Source: Oikopleura dioica
Lineage: Eukaryota; Animalia; Chordata
Length of the DNA: 64,000 nt
Assembly: GCA_907165135.1 (NCBI GenBank)
Contig: OU015568.1
Span: forward strand, 11,470,001-11,534,000
Direction: 5' to 3'
The stretch's first letter is position 1. Each line of letters starts with the position of its first letter. The notes under the pieces are model-generated. The model worked only from the letters and a program-made list of their open reading frames with translations, made no database searches and was not told the DNA's origin. Shown piece after piece: positions 1-12,270 of this stretch. Made by a program: the position numbers and the translations under genes.

Positions 1-2134
1 TCGTATTGAGGAAGTGATCGATATCGTCAACACTAGGGCGTAACTTGTAATCATCAGCAATCATCTTAGAAACGAATGATACAATGCTATGGTTGCCGAG
101 TTTTTTCCTGACTTCTTGCCCAACTTCAACTGAAGAGATACATTCAGTACTTTTATACATTTTTTTTTACCTGGCATGAGAAACAACTTGAAGGCCAATT
201 CTGTTTCAAAAAGCGTAACCAACATCGTGATTCCAAGGGAGTAAATATCAGAAGCAAACGGAATCGATTTGATCATCGATTCCGGTGGATTGTAAAGTGG
301 AGTTCCCCCGGAAAATCCAGTCAAGCCAAAATCAGCGACTCTCACAGACAAGACTCCATTGCTGTCGCGTTTCAGCAAGATGTTCTCCGGTTTGATATCA
401 CGGTGGCACAGACCTCGCTCTCCCATTGCCTTGATTGCTGCATTCACCTTTTTTAGAATTAAAATTTCCAAAGAATATCAACATATACAGACCTGGCTAA
501 AATATCGAATATATGCGACCATGGAAAATTCTTCTTGAAGCAAAGTTTTTTCACAGAATTCGCTAACGATAACAAATTCCGTAACTCCGTTTTCGTGCTG
601 AAGAAAGAAATCGTACATATTGAGAACGTTGGCATTCTTGATTTCGCGACCAATATAAAACTCCGACGCTTGTTTGGTGAAGAACTTTTTCATTTCCTTT
701 TCCCCCTTTGCTCCTTTTGTGGTGAAGTATTTTTGTAAGTCAACGTCCTTGCTTTTTATGAACTTGGCTGCCGCAGGTTTCCCATGCCAAAGACATTTGT
801 AAACGCTCCCTTGTCCTCCTTTCCCTAAAAGAATTTCTTTCTTGATCAGTTTGCCAGGAAAGTATCGCATTGAATTTATTCTTTGACTTTCTTCTGGGCC
901 TCCGATATCGTACCAAGAGGAATAAAAAGACGTCAGGGGCGCTCCACTGACATCGTAGCCGGTAACCCATTTTCGCTCAAGCGCTGCAATATCAACTTGT
1001 TCATGAATGTAGCTTTCGAATGAACTGTATTGCGCCGAGAGCAAGTACTTTTCTTTTGGCAACTTGACAGTTTTTAGTTCAGGATATTTCTCGAACATCG
1101 CATCTTTTAGGGCGAAACTGAAGCTTTTTACAGGGGCAGCATATCTCGGCTTTATGAATGGATTCATTCCCCGCTCAAGAATACGCCCGATCAGTGGTGT
1201 AAAAATCAGACCAACTGTGCTGCCAAAGTAACAGAGCTGATTGAATTTGAGGTCTGGAAAACGGTGGAGAAGCGTACTTGTGGCTCGGTAGTAGAGTCTT
1301 GTGGCGAAGAAAACAACTGTAAATCCAAGATGATTTGGCGTTGAAATGATCTCACACGCATTTTCTTGCGAGACGGTCTTGAGCATTTGATCCATCAAAA
1401 AGCAGAGAGTATCGTCGATTTTATGAACGAGGGAATAGTTGTCTTCCTTTGAGTACGGATTATGATGAAGAATTCGGCGAATATATTCATTGGGAGCCAT
1501 AAATACATTGTATTGGCCGATAGTATAGCTCCAGTCGATGTAAACTAAAATTTCAGTTGATAAAACCTGACAGATTATATGGGTTACATTTTTTCCAAAG
1601 AGAGCTTGTCAGAAGATCGAGATGATGATTGAGAGCAGCGACGACGAAAGCATGGCTTGCCGGAGTTCCTCGGAGTATATCCATATTTATAAGCTCTTCT
1701 AGGAGTTCTTCATCCACTTGTTTCGGTAGAAACTTTGTCGGTTTATTCCGCATATTCACCGCTAAATACAATCCAGCATAACCACCAGGAATATATGTCA
1801 TATCTTCGACGTCTTTCAAATTGTAGAGCTCGGCTTCAAGATTTTCAAACTCTACGAAAAGATCTCTAATTTCTCCAGTCACATTGAGCGTCGGATTGAT
1901 TCGACAATAGTCGTGTATCATAGAACTGACTTTTTTGTACAAATTAAGGGAGTCGAAAATTTTCTCTGTTGATTCTTTTGCCACAATTGAATCGAAAAGA
2001 ATGTATCTTGCAGACGAAAGCTTCAAAAGCTCATTTTCTGGGTTTTCGGTTGGATTGAAGTTCTTAAACATCTCTTGCCAAAAAGTGAGAAGTTCTCCAT
2101 TTTCTGGCATCATGGTATGGCTTACTTTCGGCAA
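1..2134 (-). CDS. Ankyrin-like repeat / Ser-Thr protein kinase, tandem paralog B (multi-exon, 3' end runs off the window)
   Basis: ORFs 1553-2134, 478-1500 and 61-471 join through GT-AG introns. Kinase motifs: [42 protein letters not shown]. The N-terminal helical region has ankyrin-like segments (e.g. [13 protein letters not shown]). Confidence 0.85.
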
Positions 2135-2319
2135 TATTTTATCCTTAAAAATCTTTTAAATCGATAAAGTGGAGCATCGTCGATTTCCATCGTAGCAGGC
2201 TAGAGCTTATTCGAGAAAAGTCGGACAAATCATTTTCATTTTTTTCTCTTTTAGTACCATTCCGCAAAAATGACTGCTGCATTCGTTAAAAATGACATAA
2301 GAATAATACAAATGGTAAT

Positions 2320-3500
2320 TTATTCAGCGACAGTTGAGTCCACAGATTCTTGAAAACAGATGTGATAGCCAATTCTAGGCTCGCATTTTGTCAGAGGAAT
2401 CGCAATTGTCTTCGTCTCATTTGACGTGTTTTTGAACAAAAATTCGGATTCTTCGTTGAAGCCATAAAGACACATTGCGTGTTTGATTGACGAGCTTCCC
2501 ATTCTATATTTATTCATAATACTTGTAGCTCTGCTGAATCAGCAGTGCTGATTTTTACCTAACAGGGCAAACGAGTACTTTTTTGTGCTCAAGCGCATTG
2601 ATGAAATCTCCAACGACGCCATTGTCTGATAAATTCTTCTAGAGAAGAAATTAAATTATACAAGTGCAAGAAAACCAAACCGGAAATCGATCGTAGTCTG
2701 TAGGATGAGCAAAGATTTCCAGCTTCACCTCGAAGGGCTCAAGTTTTTTGAGTATTGCTTTCAGACATCCGAGCATGAAGATGCCTTGATAAATTTAAAT
2801 CCCAGGTGTGTCTAGTCACCTTCTAGTTACCTTCTCTCTGCAGCAAAGTTGGCTCGGTGAGTCTTCTCATGACGTGATGAAGCATTGCCGACTGAATCTC
2901 GTCGGAATTTGCGCTTACTTTTGTAGGAATGACGTTCATCATCAGTTCCGACCGAAGTAGCTAATCGATCATCATGACCATAATCCATGAAAGTTTTACC
3001 TTATGATCGATCGATTTGACCGATTCGTAAAGTTCTTCCTTCGCCAGCTTGTCTATTCTTCCTGAATTTGATATCGCCTCTCGAAGTGATGAACGGATCA
3101 TGCTTGCTGTCGCAAAAGCCCAGCATTTGTAAGAGTCGCCCTAACACTTCAATATTCATGAAAAACTTAGACTCACACCTGGTCATGGATTGTTCGACTT
3201 ATCATCTTGGAAAGTTCAGTTATTCCTTGGAAGAATTTTGAGTCGAAGTCGGTCGTCCTGGGAGCTGTTTCTTGAAACAGCAAAGTAGAAAAGGCATCAG
3301 TTTGGAACTTCGCTGCCCTTCGCTGAATATCGCTGCCGATCTAAATTATTTATATTCTTTGATATAATCATGAGGATCATATACAGAGGTTGAGGTTAAG
3401 GCATTGATTTCGTCGGATATTCCAAGATCATCTTCTGTGATCCTTGTGCTATCACTTTTTTTAGGTCATGAGAAAACGTTTGTGTGTCTGTAAACTTTAC
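2320..3500 (-). CDS. Possible additional 3' exons of kinase paralog A, or a separate unknown gene
   Basis: Coding-like open stretches flanked by splice-like sites (e.g. IGSDIQRRAAKFQTDAFSTLLFQ...; ORFs 3001-3186 and 2320-2517). No recognisable domain; splicing not resolved. Confidence 0.3.
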
Positions 3501-3527
3501 AGACCTTTCAGTGTAAAGCAAAGAGTC

Positions 3528-6500
3528 TCAATTTTTCCTTTGACCATGCCTAAAAGTGATTTTCCATAGCCTTGTTGTACATAGGAACCGATCAATCTCG
3601 TCTGCAGTTGGGCGTAGTTTGTAATCATCAGCAATCATCTGGGATATGAAAGCGATCGAGTTGAATACGCCTAACTTCTTCTTTAAATTTGGTCGATCTC
3701 CTAAAGGAAAAAATCGCTTCATTATTGATTAATTCTTTCTGTTAACCTGGCATGAGATACATCTTGAATGCAAGGTCTGATTCAAACAGCGTGAAAAGCA
3801 TCGTTATTCCAAGGGAGTAAATATCTGAAGCAAAAGGAATCGATTCTGTCGACGACTCTGGTGGATTGTAAAGGGGGGTTCCTCCAGAAAATCCACTCAA
3901 GCCAAAGTCGGCGACCCTAACAGACAAGACTCCATTTTCATTTCGCTTTAGCAAGATGTTTTGCGGTTTGATATCGCGATGGCAAAGTCCCTGTTCCCCC
4001 ATTGCTTTGATTGCCGCATTTACCTTTTTGAAATAGTTTTGAAATCAACGAAGAGTACGTCTTACAAACCTCACTAAAATAGCGGATAAATGACTTCATG
4101 GAGAATTGTTCTTGCAGTAGTGTTTTCTCACACAGCTCGCTGACGATGACAAACTCGTTCAGTCCATTTTGATGTTGCAGAAAAAAGTCGTACATTTTCA
4201 GAACATTCGGGTGGTCAATTTTCAATCCTATATAGAACTCTGACGCTTGGCTGGTGAAGAATTGTTTCATGCATTTCTCTCCGGTTGGTCCTTTTTTCAT
4301 GATTAGGAGAAGTCACTAATAATTTGAGCATTTCTTCTAGCTTAGTAGGGTGGGCATATAATACAGTTTTAGAATCCTCAGAAGCTGAGGATTATTTTCA
4401 CTATTGATAGTGAGGGGTCATCTCGTACCCTGAGGGCATTATGGTACCCCCAAAGGCCTAAAATTCTGGCCAATTTCGGAAAATCGAATTGTTGACCCCC
4501 TAACCCCGGCTTTTTTCGCGCCCCGCTAAGATATGTTGTAGCCCAGGCTCTGACGGTCATTTCTAGGGGTCTGAAAGTACTGATTACCCCCCATTCCAGA
4601 GGCGCTAGAGACCCCTGAAGTCAGAGAAGTCGACCAAAAAGAGGTACTTTTTTGGGAAAAGTGCATATTTTTCAACATCAATGCTTTCAAAACACTTGTG
4701 ATCACTTTTGCTTTACTTTTTTAGGTTTGAGGCATAGTTTGGTGTCATTTGAGGTCATTTGGGGTCAGTTATCATAATTTCAAGAATTTTTAATAATTTT
4801 CACCTCAGATGACCTCAGATGACACCAAATTATGTCTCTAACCTGAAAAAGTAAATCAAAAGTGATCACAAGTGTTTTGGAAGCATAACTGATGAAAAAT
4901 ATGCATTTTTCCCAAAAAAGTACCTATTTTTGGTCGACTTCTCCAACTTCAGAGGTCTCTAGCGCCTCTGGAATAGGGGGTAATCAGTACTTTCCGACCC
5001 CTAGAAATGACCGTCAGAGCCTGGGCTACAAAATATCTTAGCCGCGCGCGAAAAAAGCCGGGGTTAGGGGGTCAAAAATTAAGATTTCCGAAATTGGCCA
5101 GAATTATGGGCCGATAGAGGTACCAAAATGCCCCCGGGGTACGAGATGACCCCTCACGTTCAATAGTGAAAATGATCCTCAGCTTCTGAGGATTCTAAAA
5201 CTGTATTATATGCCCACCCTACTAAGTTAGAAAAAAAGTTCAATTATTAGTGACTTCCCCTATTCATGATGTACTTTCCCAATTCGACATCTTTGCTTTT
5301 GATATACTTCGCCGCCGCAGGTTTTCCATGCCAGAGACATTTGAAAACAGAACCTTGTCCTCCTTCCCCAAGTTTTTCCGTCTTCTTGATAAGTTTTCCA
5401 GGAAAATAACGCATTGACTTTATCCTTTGCGTCGGTTCCGGGCCATCAATATCGTACCAGGAAGAGTAAAACGTTGTTAGAGGCAATTCATTATCATCAT
5501 AACCCGTCACCCAATTTTGTTCGAGCGTCTTCATATCAGCTTGCTCATGAACTTCTTTCTTGAAAAGATCGTATTGGCTCGATAGGAAATACTTTTCCGT
5601 CGAAATTTGAATATCTTTCAGCTCTGGGTATTTTTCGAACATTGACTTTTTAATTTCGAAGTTGAAGTTTTCCACTACTCTGCGGTATTTTGGCACGATA
5701 AAGGGATTCATGCCTCTCTCAAGAATACGGCCAATAAGTGGCGTAAAAACAAGTCCAACAGTGTTTCCAAAGAAGCAAGTTTGATTAAATTCGAGCTCAG
5801 GTAACCGATCAAGGAGCATTTTCGTAAAACGATAGCACATCCTGCTAGCGTAAAATACGCTTGTGAGTCCCACATGATTTGGCTTCGAAATTATCTCGCA
5901 CACCCGCGAGCGAGGAACAGTTTCGAGCATTCGATCTATCAGAAAGCAAAACGTGTCGTCCATTGTATGAACCAATTGGTAAATATCTTCCTTTGAATAC
6001 GGATTGTTGACAAGAATACGGCGAACAAATTCGTTTGGAGCCATAAATACGGTATGCTGACCAATAGTATAGCTCCAGTCGATGGAAACTGAAAAATTGA
6101 TGAGTAAAATTCAACGTTCTGTACTTACATTTATCCCAAAAGGAGCTTGTTAAAAGATCAAAATGATGATTGAAGGCTGCAACCACAAAAATATGGCTAG
6201 CAGGAGTTCCTCTCTCGATGTCCACATTCATGAGAGCTTCCAAAAGTCTTTCATCAACTTGCTTTGGCAAAAATTCCGTCGGCTTATTTCGCATATTTAC
6301 GGCTAGGTAGAGTCCAGCATAACCACCAGGAATGTAAGTCAAGTCTTCGATGTTGTCCAAGTTGAACAGTTCGTATTCAAGCTTTGTAAAATTGTCGAAG
6401 AGATCTTTCTTCTCTCTACTCAGGGTCAAAGATTCAATCATCTGATTGACATTTTTATACAAATCCAAAGAAGCAGAGATTTTCTCCGTTGATTCTTTGG

Positions 6501-6654
6501 CCACAATTGAATCAAAAAGAAGATATCTGGCAGGAGACAACGCAATAATCTCATTCTCTGTTGCTTCATTTCGATCAATTTGATTGAACAAATTCTGCCA
6601 GAAATAAAGAAAAGTGGACTCTGGCATCTTTGTAAAGAGAATAGGGAAAGACAT
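3528..6654 (-). CDS. Ankyrin-like repeat / Ser-Thr protein kinase, tandem paralog A; kinase N-lobe exon interrupted by a foldback transposon
   Basis: ORFs 5845-6654, 5247-6044, 3938-4300, 3742-4002 and 3528-3722 are collinear with paralog B and share its intron positions. Motifs GEGGQGSVFK, HRDIKPQN, DFG. Removing the 4304-5262 insert plus one TSD restores KYIMKKGPTGEK. Confidence 0.8.
4304..5262. mobile_element. Non-autonomous hAT-type foldback element (959 bp, about 460-bp inverted arms)
   Basis: Termini TAGGAGAAGTCAC...GTGACTTCCCCTA. Perfect 8-bp TSD TTCATGAT at 4296-4303 and 5263-5270. Arms pair almost to the centre (spacer about 35 bp near 4766-4801). Confidence 0.9.
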
Positions 6655-6900
6655 GTTACGAACGCAAGTTTAAAAAAAGTTTTCAATCAATAAATTGAAG
6701 CATCGTTTCTCCTGAAATATGCTGGAAGTTTCACGTTAGATTGACATAACGGAGGTCAAATTCTGTAATTCAGCTGAAATGTTAGTTTCTGAGTCAAAAT
6801 TTTTGACTAAAAAAAGAGGCCAAGCTTGTATATTGAAAACCCTGAACAATGTTAACATGCATAGAACAAAGAAAACAGGTCAAGTTCAAAAAGACTAAAC

Positions 6901-7095
6901 CGCGAGAGAAAGCGCAAAATTAGGGCATCTGGTCATCAGTTTCGCTTCCCGGAATAGGCGCTTTGACCTAATTGTTCACCTGGGTTGACCTGATTGCCAC
7001 CAGCTTACTCTGGCGCCCTCACCTGCTGAACTATATAATCAATCTCCGTTTTACGATTGCATATCACACAAACAAACAATCCAAAACTCAAAAAA
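6901..7095 (+). promoter_or_regulatory. Duplicated promoter/5'UTR block of PIM-like copy 1, with TATA-like TATATAA at 7032-7038
   Basis: Near-identical to 46605-46798. TATATAA lies about 60 nt upstream of the ATG. Confidence 0.6.
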
Positions 7096-7938
7096 ATGTC
7101 TCAGCACTCCATCGAATCCGGATACACCTCCGAAGAAGAATGTTCCTTCAACAACCTTGAAATCATCGCCGCCGATACTAAACGATTCGCCAAAAGTTTC
7201 TCAATCGAAGAAGAAATCATCAAGTCTGCGAATGGAATCGTATACTCGGGCTTCGACCTTTCCACTGGAGAAGCAGTCATCGTCAAACAGATCCCGAAGA
7301 CTTCCGTTTCCGAATACATCGTCATGGACGGTCGACAAATCCCTTCAGAAATCTACTTCCAGTTCAAAGCCGCCGAAGCTTGCGAAGCCGTCGTCCAGCC
7401 AATCGACTTCTTCGAACGCAAATCTTCCTTCGTCATCATCATGGAGAAGATGGAAAACGTCACTGATCTTTTCGAATTCAATCGTCAACATGGTGCTCTT
7501 TCAGAAGAAGCAGCTCTCTTCATTTTCAAGCAAGTAGTCGAAGCCGTCCAAGAAATGGCCTCAGTCGGCATCTCCCATCGTGATATCAAGGACGAAAACA
7601 TCCTCATTGACCCAGAAACCCTCCAGGTCTTCATCATCGACTTCGGCTGCGCCTCAAAGATCTCTGAGAGATCGACTCCGCGAGGAACTCCAGACTACTG
7701 GGCACCAGAAATCTTTGCCAATGGAGTTTCTTCAACCGAAGCAGCCGACTGCTGGGCCCTAGGTGCTCTCCTGTACATTATGCTCACTGGATCATGGAGA
7801 GTCGAAAACGGTCAAGTTTGCCGAAATTTTATCGGCGAAAATCATCTTAGCGAAGATTTGAAAACTCTCTTCGATCGAATCTTCCACAAGAATCCCGCTT
7901 TTCGCCTTGACATTTCCACTCTCTGTAAACTTTTCTGA
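7096..7938 (+). CDS. Intronless PIM/PASK-family Ser/Thr kinase, copy 1 (280 aa)
   Basis: HRDIKDENILID (PIM/PASK signature), DLFEF..HGALSEE, IDFG, GTPDYWAPE. First in-frame ATG at 7096. Confidence 0.85.
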   Translation: MSQHSIESGYTSEEECSFNNLEIIAADTKRFAKSFSIEEEIIKSANGIVYSGFDLSTGEAVIVKQIPKTSVSEYIVMDGRQIPSEIYFQFKAAEACEAVVQPIDFFERKSSFVIIMEKMENVTDLFEFNRQHGALSEEAALFIFKQVVEAVQEMASVGISHRDIKDENILIDPETLQVFIIDFGCASKISERSTPRGTPDYWAPEIFANGVSSTEAADCWALGALLYIMLTGSWRVENGQVCRNFIGENHLSEDLKTLFDRIFHKNPAFRLDISTLCKLF

Positions 7939-8356
7939 ATACTCTGCTTACTTTACTTCTTTTTCAAGTTCAACTTTCTTCAAGATCAATACACTTTTTC
8001 ACTGAAAACGAATCTTTTCGATAAAAATGTTGATTTTATTAACTTTTTTCGGCAAAATCACTTTAAACTTTTGACACTTCCCCAATTTCGCCCCCAATCT
8101 TCATCATCCCAAGGATTTTGTTTCCCAATGAAACCGTGCATCATCTGATCGAAGGCATTTTCATTGAACACTAGAAGAAAAAACATATTCGTATTCCACA
8201 GAGCTCTTTACTTACAGCCTTCAAACGCAAGCCCGCTCTCTGCTAGTTGAAAAAGCGCACAGAGAAGAATTATTTTTTTAAACATTTTTTTGCATCAAAT
8301 GTCGCAATTGTCGATTCTTCGATACACCGCTTTTATAGGACGTCATGCATTAATAT

Positions 8357-9149
8357 TCACGGGTTAGTTGTAACCGTCTTGATATACCGTTCTCCTCGTT
8401 CTTCAATCGAGCAATGAGCTGTCGTCCGTTTTTGAGCTGGCATCAAGTTCAAACACGTGAGAACATGCGAGAAATTGAATATTGCAGGAGGATAACATTT
8501 ATCATCCAGTCGATGATTGTTTCCGACAAGTAACCTACATTCAGAGCGTCCAAAGATTGTAAACAAACAAAACTGATGATTGTCGTTGACTCATTGACTT
8601 TCTCCTACAGAAAAAATCCACTGGATCTCCTGCGGTCCTAGTGATTCTCCTTCAGTAGGTTACATCTGTATATCAATCAGCATCGTCAGTTCTATCGATT
8701 TCAGCATTGAGAGACGAGGAGCAAACAAGCCAATACCATTTATCATATAGCTCGACAGATAAAATTTAACTGTTAATATTGTGCTTTCGAAGATTTCTAA
8801 CAGGCATTCCTTATTCAGAAAGACAACCGAAGAGTGGCGAATAATACGATTAGGTTAGTTCTTATGCCAAATCTACTGCTTTCAATGCAAATTCAACAAC
8901 TTTCGATAAGGAACTGCCTCTCCAACACTCTGACGTATCGAGTTTCTAGTGAAATTCTTGAATTTTTACGAGAAATCGTCGATTTCTTTGGCCGTGACAG
9001 AGCGCGCCTTGCCAATAGGCGCTGTCGAAAAGCCGCCCACACAGTCCGCACCGCGCTGATTGGCCGCCGCTCTCTCCACCAAGCAAAAGATGAAGATTCT
9101 TCACGATTTTCCTCTTTTTCCCTTCCCTTTTCTCCCATCTGGGAGGCAT
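8357..9149 (-). CDS. Hypothetical multi-exon gene divergent from RPS15
   Basis: Several short open frames with splice-like boundaries; no recognisable domain. Confidence 0.2.
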
Positions 9150-9625
9150 TCTAGAGATTTCATAAGAAGATCTATATTACTCAGAGACAGCTGATTCTTC
9201 GCTTTCTACCAATTACAGTTGTTTTACTTTTTAGCGTCAAAAATGACTCAAAAAAAGGAAAATTTCGTTTATGATATTTATACATAACACGCAATCTAAA
9301 GGATTTTCAGTTTTTTTTATCATTAATTAAAATTTCACTACGATTCTTGCAGAAATTATATTATTTCTCGATTTTTTGTGTACTCGATAGCTCTTCCAGT
9401 GCTTGATTGACAACCGTAAGACCGTCGGTTATCAATATTTCCCGATAATTCTTACTCTTCGCATATTTGAATAAGTATACGTGAACAATTATGACCTCCT
9501 CGCTTTTGAACTTTCATTCATGTAATATTTTTTGGTTTGCTTCTACGGGATTGTTTCAAATGAACAATTTATAATTTTAATTGGATGATTCGTCTAGACT
9601 TGTTGAACGGACAGAAAAACTCGCC

Positions 9626-10309
9626 ATGGCGGAGGTGCAGATCAAAAAGAAGCGAACCTTCAAGAAGTACACCTTCCGAGGCGTCGATCTCGACCAGCTC
9701 TTGAACCTCAAGACCGAGAACCTCGTCGAGCTCCTCGGCTGCCGACAGCGACGACACTACGCCCGAGGCATCAAGCGCCGAGAGGAAAACCTCCTCAAGC
9801 GACTCCGAGCTGTAAGTTACAGGAAGAATCGTCGATTTCTTCATTATTCAAAAAAGAAAAGATTCGATTTTCTTGTTTATTATTGAAAAATTTAGAATAG
9901 ATTATTTTTCTATCTTTTATGTGATTTTATCCAAAATCTTAAATAAACCTCATTTTGAATTTTCTCCTGAACCATCCCTTTTCAGTCCAAGCGAGCCGTC
10001 GACCCCAACGAGCCCGGTGCCAAGCCCGCCTGCGTCAAGACCCACCTCCGATCCGTCATCGTCATCCCTGAGATGGTCGGTGCCATCGTCGGTATCTACA
10101 ACGGAAAAGGTAGAAAAAATTACAACATTTTTTCAAAATAAATTCCGTTTGAACTCAACTTGTAGTTTTCAGTCTTCAACCAGGTCGAAATCAAGCCCGA
10201 AATGATTGGCTACTACCTCGCCGAATTCTCCATGTCCTACAAGCCAGTTCGACACGGTCGACCCGGTATCGGTGCCACCCACTCTTCTCGATTCGTCCCA
10301 CTCAAGTAA
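9626..10309 (+). CDS. RPS15: 40S ribosomal protein S15 (3 exons)
   Basis: [26 protein letters not shown]..., [37 protein letters not shown] introns at 9812-9985 and about 10110-10171. Confidence 0.97.
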
Positions 10310-10623
10310 ACGGCGATTTACAGAAGATTATTCCACTGCGACGCTATCTGGCAACAAATATACCATGGATGCGAAGTAGAAAAAAATATCATTTTGAAAA
10401 TATCGAAGTTTCTAAAGACTTCTTTCTTTTCAAAAACATGTGTTCTTTCTTTCATAAATACTCCACGAGAACCCACTTGTGCCTTCGGGAAAAAAAGACA
10501 AGACTTTTTATATGTTCTTGATCGAAACCGCAAGCGGCTTCTCGATTTTTACGAGAACCACTATTTTCTTGTCATTTTATAAATTATCAATGAAGAGTGT
10601 TCTGTATTAGACTGCATTCGTAA

Positions 10624-12107
10624 ATGACCGGAGTGGACGTATCTGTCGCCCAAGACGGCGGAATCTTGAAGGCTGTCCTTACCGAAGGTCTCGGCACCGC
10701 TACGCCTTCCTTTGGATCTGAGGTTCTATCCTTTCTGGCGTTTGTTTGTGATCTTTTTGAAGGTTACCGTTCATTACACTGGAACATTGAGCGATGGAAG
10801 TCAGTTCGACTCATCGAGAGGCCGGGGTGTTTTTAAATTCACGCTTGGGCAGGGACAGGTCATCAAGGGATGGGATGAGGGTGTGAAGACGATGAAGAAA
10901 GGGGAGCGCAGTGTGTTTACTCTTCGACCTGAGTACGCTTACGGGTAGGTCCAAATCGCCATGTTCAAACATCCGAATGATGGCTTTAGTGATGCAGGAA
11001 GTCCGCCTAAAATCCCTCCAAATGCGACGTTGACTTTCGACATTGAGTTGATCACGTGGAAGGCGGAAGATATTTCCGAGAACACTGACGGCTCCATTCT
11101 CCGAACCTTTGTCAAGAAAGGCAAGGAGAGCTGGGGAAATGTCGTGGATACCGCCGAGGCGACCGTGAAATGTCGAATTTTGAAGAGCAACTTGGACGAA
11201 GTCGTTCATGATTATGGGAAGATAAACTTCCGAGTTGGCGAAGCTGAACTCGCAAATTTGCCAGTTGGAATAGACCATGCTATCAAAAAGATGAACAGAG
11301 GGGATGTAGCGAGACTGACGCTCTCTGGCCAGGTACATCCGCTTCTCGAATCCGCTGTTTTCAATTTTTTTTTGTAGGCGGATTTGAAGCCCGAATGTAA
11401 AAATGCGCTAGGGCTTCATGATCTTGGCGAATATGAATACGAACTGGAATTGGTTCAGTTCGAGAAGGTTCAGGAGCCTTGGGAAATGGACGACGAAACG
11501 AAGATTGATCAGGTTTCTCCCGAAATCAATTTTCAAATCCTAGACTCGAAAAATTTAGGCTGAGCTAGCAAAGTCGAAGGGAACGGAAAGACTCAAGGAT
11601 CAGAAGTTTGACTTGGCAATCAAGCATTACAACCGCGTTATTACGCTTTTGGATCATCAAGAAACAAAGGTTGAAATAAAGCTGTTCGAAAATGAGTCCA
11701 CCTTGTTATTTAGAACAACAGTGAAAAGTTTGACGAAATTTCGGGCAAGTTCCGTGCGCTGAAACTCGCAGCTTACTTGAACTTGAGCTTAGTCTATCCA
11801 AAGATTCAAGAAAACTACAAGGCCATCTCCGCCGCCAATGATGCGATTGCCATCGATCCAGAGAATGAAAAAGCTTTCTTCCGAAGAGGAACTGCAAGAA
11901 TGGCCGGAAACGACCTCGAACTCGCGATAAGTGATTTCAAGAAAGTTGTTGAAATCAACAAGGTGAGGTTTTGCCTATTTCCTATTAATAAATCTTATTT
12001 CTAAGGAAAACAAAACGGCAAGCAAGAACATCAAAATCTGCTCCGATCGTCGCAAGAAGCAAAAAGAAGATGAAAAGAAGAAATACGCCGGAAAGCTTTT
12101 CGGCTAA
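10624..12107 (+). CDS. FKBP4: FKBP-type PPIase with TPR domain (FKBP52/FKBP51 co-ortholog)
   Basis: [54 protein letters not shown], a second FKBP domain, and TPR segment [11 protein letters not shown]. Confidence 0.9.
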
Positions 12108-12270
12108 GCCCGATTTGTTAGAACAAATTTTAACATACACTGCTGTTTGATTTTTATTGTTTGTCGTTGGAATTCAAGACTGCCCAGAAAAAAACAACCA
12201 CAAAGACTTCAAAATAAAAAATAATAAATAACTTGAAAATGCTATTATTAGAAATCGTTGTTCGAAAAAA

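Noticed and set aside
6676-6703. Conserved upstream MLxFID mini-ORF before both tandem kinases (also at 2177)
   Set aside because: It looks like a short first exon (wobble-position differences), but I could not find a consistent splice phase for both paralogs, so it is not reported as a feature.
7096-7938. Retrocopy origin for the second PIM-like gene
   Set aside because: About 195 nt upstream, including the TATA-like box, is shared, and there is no poly(A) tail or TSD. This indicates DNA-level duplication or conversion.
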